Position numbers and translations under genes: made by a program. Of a DNA stretch of 64,000 nt, positions 60,220-64,000 are shown one piece after another (the first letter of the stretch is position 1; each line of letters begins with the position of its first letter). The stretch is from an uncultured Nitrospiraceae bacterium (GTDB lineage Bacteria; Nitrospirota; Thermodesulfovibrionia; Thermodesulfovibrionales; Dissulfurispiraceae). The notes beneath the pieces were generated by a model. The model made no database searches. It saw only the letters and a list, made by a program, of their open reading frames with translations, and had not been told where the DNA came from. Location of the stretch: the NCBI GenBank assembly GCA_947085205.1, contig CAMTVO010000020.1, positions 21,043 to 85,042 of the forward strand, given 5' to 3'.

Positions 60220-62076
60220 CTATGCCATCTCTGTCCCACTGAGCTTTTCTTCAAACTCTTTAGTTTTGTCCTCAAGTTCGATATGCAGACGCTCCAGTTC
60301 AGAGAAGAGGGAATCTATCTTTGCTTGTGAAGCGTGAAGCGACTTGGACAGTTTATTGATGGTGTTGCCGTCGCCTTTGAAGGAAGCATCCACAATATCT
60401 TTGTTGCTCTGCCCGACCATCGCTTCAAGGCTCATGATCTCGCGTTCAATTTCAACTATCCGCTTCTGCAACGCCCCGAGGGTCTTTGATTTCTCATTGA
60501 CCAGTTCAGCGCGGAGGCGGCGGAGGAGTTTCCTGTCCACGGTTTTGCCTTCGTTCACTTTGGGACTTCGCTGCAACGGAGGAATTTCATTGTTCCATCC
60601 TGCTCTGTCAAGGAAGTCCTGATACGTGCCTTCAAAAAGGGTTGCCTTCCCGTTGTCAAATACAATGAGCCTTGTCGCGATGGCATGGAGTATCATTTCG
60701 CTGTGGGTTACAATAACTACGCAGCCGGGGAAGGCGTCTATCGCCTCAAGCAGGGACTCAGCGGACTCCATATCAAGGTGGTTCGTAGGCTCATCTAACA
60801 TCAGCATGTTGGCAGGGCTGACGAGCAGTTTGCCAAGCAGTACCCGGCTCTTCTCACCGCCGGAGAGGACGCTGATCTTTTTTAATGCATCATCGCCCGG
60901 AAACATCATCACTCCGCATATCTTACGCGCTGCGCCCCTGTTATGGTCAGGGTATGCTTCCATTATCTCTTCTTCCACGGTCTTCTGCAGGTTAAGCCGG
61001 TTTATATTTGTCTGTCCGAAATACGCAAGCTTCAGGTCATTGTGATGGCGCACCTCGCCGCTGAGAGGAGCCAATTCCCCGGACAGAAGGTTCAGGAGCG
61101 TTGTCTTGCCTTTGCCGTTTTTCCCTATTATCGCGATGCGGTCATTCTTTCCGGCATAAAAGCTTAACCCGTCAATTAACGGCGCGCCGGAATCAAATCC
61201 AAAAGACAGGTCTTTCACTTCCATCAGCTGTTTGCTGTTAAAGGGCGCTGAGTTAAAGGTGAAGTCAAGATTCTTTGTGTCAGACAATTTTTCGAGCCGT
61301 CCCTTTTTCTGCAATGCCTTGACTCTTGACTGAACCGCCTTAGCCTTGGTCGCCTTGGCCCGGAAGCGGTTTATGAACTGCTCTATCTCCTTCCGCTTTT
61401 TCTCGTCGTTTACCCGTGTCTTTTCATATACCTCTTCTTCAAGCAGTAATTGCTGATACACATTTTCCGTCGGTCCCGCTATCTTTCGTATCCCGCAGCG
61501 ATGAATCGCCATTGTATGCGTGGTAACACTGTCCATAAATGAGCGGTCATGCGTAATGATGATAAGTTCTTTTTTCCATTCGCGCAAGAACCGGACTAAC
61601 CAGCGGAGCGACACGATATCAAGATAGTTTGTGGGTTCGTCAAGGAGGAGGAGATTCGGATTGGAGACGAGCGCCTTCGCCAAGTTCAGCCTCACCTGAA
61701 ACCCGCCGGATAACTGCGCAGGATTGAGAACGAGATCGTCAGCGGAAAACCCAAGGCCCATCAGAATGGCTTCTGCCTTGTAACTTTCGTCCCTACCCCG
61801 AGCAGCTCGGGGCAGGCTCAGACATGCTTCTTTCAATACGCTCTCTTCTGTAAACCGGATGTGCTGGGAGAGATACCCGATACTGTAGCCGGCAGGAATG
61901 CTGATAGTCCCCGAGTCCTGATGCTCCTGTCCTAATATCAGTCTGAACAGGGTGGTCTTGCCATGACCATTTCTGCCCACGAGTCCCACACGCTCTCCGG
62001 GGTTGATCATGAAACCGATCTTGTCGAAGAGCACCTGTTGTCCGTATGATTTTTCTAAATTGCTTACCTGGATCAT
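60220..62076 (-). CDS. ABC-F family ATP-binding protein
   Basis: Two nucleotide-binding domains (GRNGHGKTT/LSGG/LLLDEPTNYLD; GKNGKGKTT/LSGGE/LDEPTNHLD), no TM segments, C-terminal coiled coil. Confidence 0.94.
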   Translation of the reverse strand: MIQVSNLEKSYGQQVLFDKIGFMINPGERVGLVGRNGHGKTTLFRLILGQEHQDSGTISIPAGYSIGYLSQHIRFTEESVLKEACLSLPRAARGRDESYKAEAILMGLGFSADDLVLNPAQLSGGFQVRLNLAKALVSNPNLLLLDEPTNYLDIVSLRWLVRFLREWKKELIIITHDRSFMDSVTTHTMAIHRCGIRKIAGPTENVYQQLLLEEEVYEKTRVNDEKKRKEIEQFINRFRAKATKAKAVQSRVKALQKKGRLEKLSDTKNLDFTFNSAPFNSKQLMEVKDLSFGFDSGAPLIDGLSFYAGKNDRIAIIGKNGKGKTTLLNLLSGELAPLSGEVRHHNDLKLAYFGQTNINRLNLQKTVEEEIMEAYPDHNRGAARKICGVMMFPGDDALKKISVLSGGEKSRVLLGKLLVSPANMLMLDEPTNHLDMESAESLLEAIDAFPGCVVIVTHSEMILHAIATRLIVFDNGKATLFEGTYQDFLDRAGWNNEIPPLQRSPKVNEGKTVDRKLLRRLRAELVNEKSKTLGALQKRIVEIEREIMSLEAMVGQSNKDIVDASFKGDGNTINKLSKSLHASQAKIDSLFSELERLHIELEDKTKEFEEKLSGTEMA

Positions 62077-62309
62077 TATCTAATGCCTTGTCATGCTGTC
62101 GGTTAGCAGTTTCTCTGAAGCGGGATTTTTGTGCGTAGTCCGCAATTAGTATTGTATGATTTATGATGGAGTTAATTCAAGACAGCAATCTGCTATAATG
62201 ATGTAGATTGTAGCATGAATACCGACTACCGAAGATGGATAGTCCAAAGCTACCACCCTGATTGCTATCCTATTTGCTGAGACTTAGCTTCTCAGAAGGA
62301 GACCTCGAC

Positions 62310-64000
62310 TTGAAGATAAGCAGCAAGACCATTCTCGGGAATCTGTCCCATTTGTGGGCGGGGTTCTGCGGAAACAGCCGGATACAAAAGTGCGCCGTCA
62401 CTGAGCCGCCGCTGCGATCGGAACTGTTCAGCAGCGATCAGATGGAGCGGCACGGCAAGACTCTGGCGGGCTGGCATAAGTTGGGTCTGGAACGTGCACG
62501 GGACCGGCTTCTGACGCGGCTGGCTGATAATGAAAGCGTGCTGCTCAAAGTCCGCAACCTCTTGACTGAGGCTATTAAGGCGGCCCGCCGTATTACGCCG
62601 GCGGGGGAATGGCTGCTCGATAACTTCTACCTTATTGAAGAGCAGATTCGCGCGGCCAGGAGACACTTGCCAAAGGGGTACAGCCGGGAACTGCCTCGAC
62701 TGCTGAATGGTTCATCGGCCGGTCTTCCGCGCGTTTATGACATTGCGCTGGAAACGATCTCGCATGGCGATGGACGGGTAGATCCGGAGAGCCTCGGCAG
62801 TTTCGTGGCAGCCTACCAGACAGTCACCGCCCTAAAACTGGGCGAATTGTGGGCAATTCCCATCATGTTACGCCTGGCGCTGATCGAGAATCTCCGACGC
62901 GTTGCAGTCCGGATCGCCACTGATAGGACCGACCGAAACCTTGCCGATTATTGGGAGGACCAGATGACGGAGATCGCGGATAAAGACCCGAAGAGCCTTA
63001 TTTTAGTGATCGCGGACATGGCGCGTTCGAACCCGCCCATGGTAAGTTCGTTTGTCGCGGAATTTGCGCGCCGACTGCAGGGGCAGGGTCCCGCTTTAGC
63101 AATGCCGCTCACCTGGATTGAGCAGCAACTGTCCGAGTCTGGCCTGACAATCAAACAATTGGTGCAGTCGGAGAACCAACAACAGGCTGCTGATCAGGTC
63201 TCGATGAGCAACAGCATCGGCAGCCTCCGTTTCCTGGGCGCGATGGACTGGCGCGAGTTCGTGGAGACGATGAGTACTGTGGAAAAAACCCTGCGTGAGG
63301 ACACGGGCGGAGTTTACGGCAAGATGGATTTCTCAACCCGTGACCGCTACCGCCATGTTGTAGAGAAGATTGCGAAGAACGGGCTGCTTTCCGAGCGCGA
63401 GGTGGCCACGCAAGCGCTCCGGCTTGCGCGTGACGGTGCAGCCAAAAATGGCCCTGACGATCGCGCGGCACATGTCGGCTTTTACCTGATAGACAAGGGA
63501 CTGGCGGAGCTTGAGCATCTGGCAGAAGTGCGCTTATCTGTTTTTGAGGCCCTTCGAAAATTGAGCTCACGGTTTCCTTTGCTGCTGTACATAGGCATGA
63601 TCATGCTGATGACAATGATCTTCGCCTGGAGCTCACTGGCGAAGGCGCATGCCGGTGGTTTAAATGGTTGGGCACTCGGGCTAATCGGTATCCTCTCGCT
63701 CCTGTGCGGGAGTCATCTGGCCGTAGCCCTGGTGAACCGGCTGGTGACTTTGCTGGCAGCGCCGCACCCGCTGCCGCGAATGGACTTCTCCAAGGGAATT
63801 CCGCCGGAATTGCGCACTCTGGTCGTGGTCCCGACTATGCTCACAAACACTCAGAATATAGAGGACCTGGTAGAAGCTCTTGAAGTCCGGTTCCTGGCAA
63901 ATCGGGACGACAGCCTGCACTTCGGCCTGCTGACTGATTTTAGAGACGCGGCCGAGGAAATGCTGCCGGAGGACGGATCGCTGTTGCTGCTGGCCCGGCA
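62310..64000 (+). CDS. ndvB: Cyclic beta-1,2-glucan synthase (Cgs/NdvB/ChvB family), N-terminal part, runs off window
   Basis: TTG start after AAGGAG. PLRSELFS, PAGEWLLDNFYLIEEQI, LGELWAIPIMLRLALIENLRR, MDFSTRDRYRH and RTLVVVPTML are all in one frame. Confidence 0.88.
   Translation, partial: MKISSKTILGNLSHLWAGFCGNSRIQKCAVTEPPLRSELFSSDQMERHGKTLAGWHKLGLERARDRLLTRLADNESVLLKVRNLLTEAIKAARRITPAGEWLLDNFYLIEEQIRAARRHLPKGYSRELPRLLNGSSAGLPRVYDIALETISHGDGRVDPESLGSFVAAYQTVTALKLGELWAIPIMLRLALIENLRRVAVRIATDRTDRNLADYWEDQMTEIADKDPKSLILVIADMARSNPPMVSSFVAEFARRLQGQGPALAMPLTWIEQQLSESGLTIKQLVQSENQQQAADQVSMSNSIGSLRFLGAMDWREFVETMSTVEKTLREDTGGVYGKMDFSTRDRYRHVVEKIAKNGLLSEREVATQALRLARDGAAKNGPDDRAAHVGFYLIDKGLAELEHLAEVRLSVFEALRKLSSRFPLLLYIGMIMLMTMIFAWSSLAKAHAGGLNGWALGLIGILSLLCGSHLAVALVNRLVTLLAAPHPLPRMDFSKGIPPELRTLVVVPTMLTNTQNIEDLVEALEVRFLANRDDSLHFGLLTDFRDAAEEMLPEDGSLLLLAR

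Overview
Bacterial window, probably Nitrospirota (Thermodesulfovibrionia-like; inferred from gene content and style, not from a marker gene). It has two halves. (1) Positions 1-40,100 are an accessory region of mostly exported or lipoprotein genes: one TPR-CHAT protease, four caspase-family (C14) proteases with export signals and intact His-Cys dyads, two paralogous transglutaminase-like proteins, a permuted papain-like gene split by one stop, a CsgG/FlgT/LPP20/FlgO-like envelope module, an MCE (MlaE/MlaD-like) operon with a degenerate ATPase, a Crp/Fnr regulator, gene fragments and three toxin(-antitoxin) loci. A 16-bp imperfect palindrome (AWGTGAAAATTACCTT-like) sits about 41.5 bp upstream of the inferred start site of six sigma70-type promoters across this region, suggesting one regulon. 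(2) Positions 40,200-64,000 are mostly housekeeping: hemH, hemY-like, a two-component pair, glgA, galT, RNase Z-like, FlhB-C/FliK-like, serS, ahcY, metK, asd, leuB, leuD, miaA, a VapBC pair, an IS110 remnant, an ABC-F protein, and the 5' part of a cyclic beta-1,2-glucan synthase that the ORF track missed. Short 7-8-mer tandem repeats and palindromic elements are inserted in frame in several genes. I saw no rRNA, tRNA or CRISPR array. All family calls come from motif recognition by eye, not database searches.
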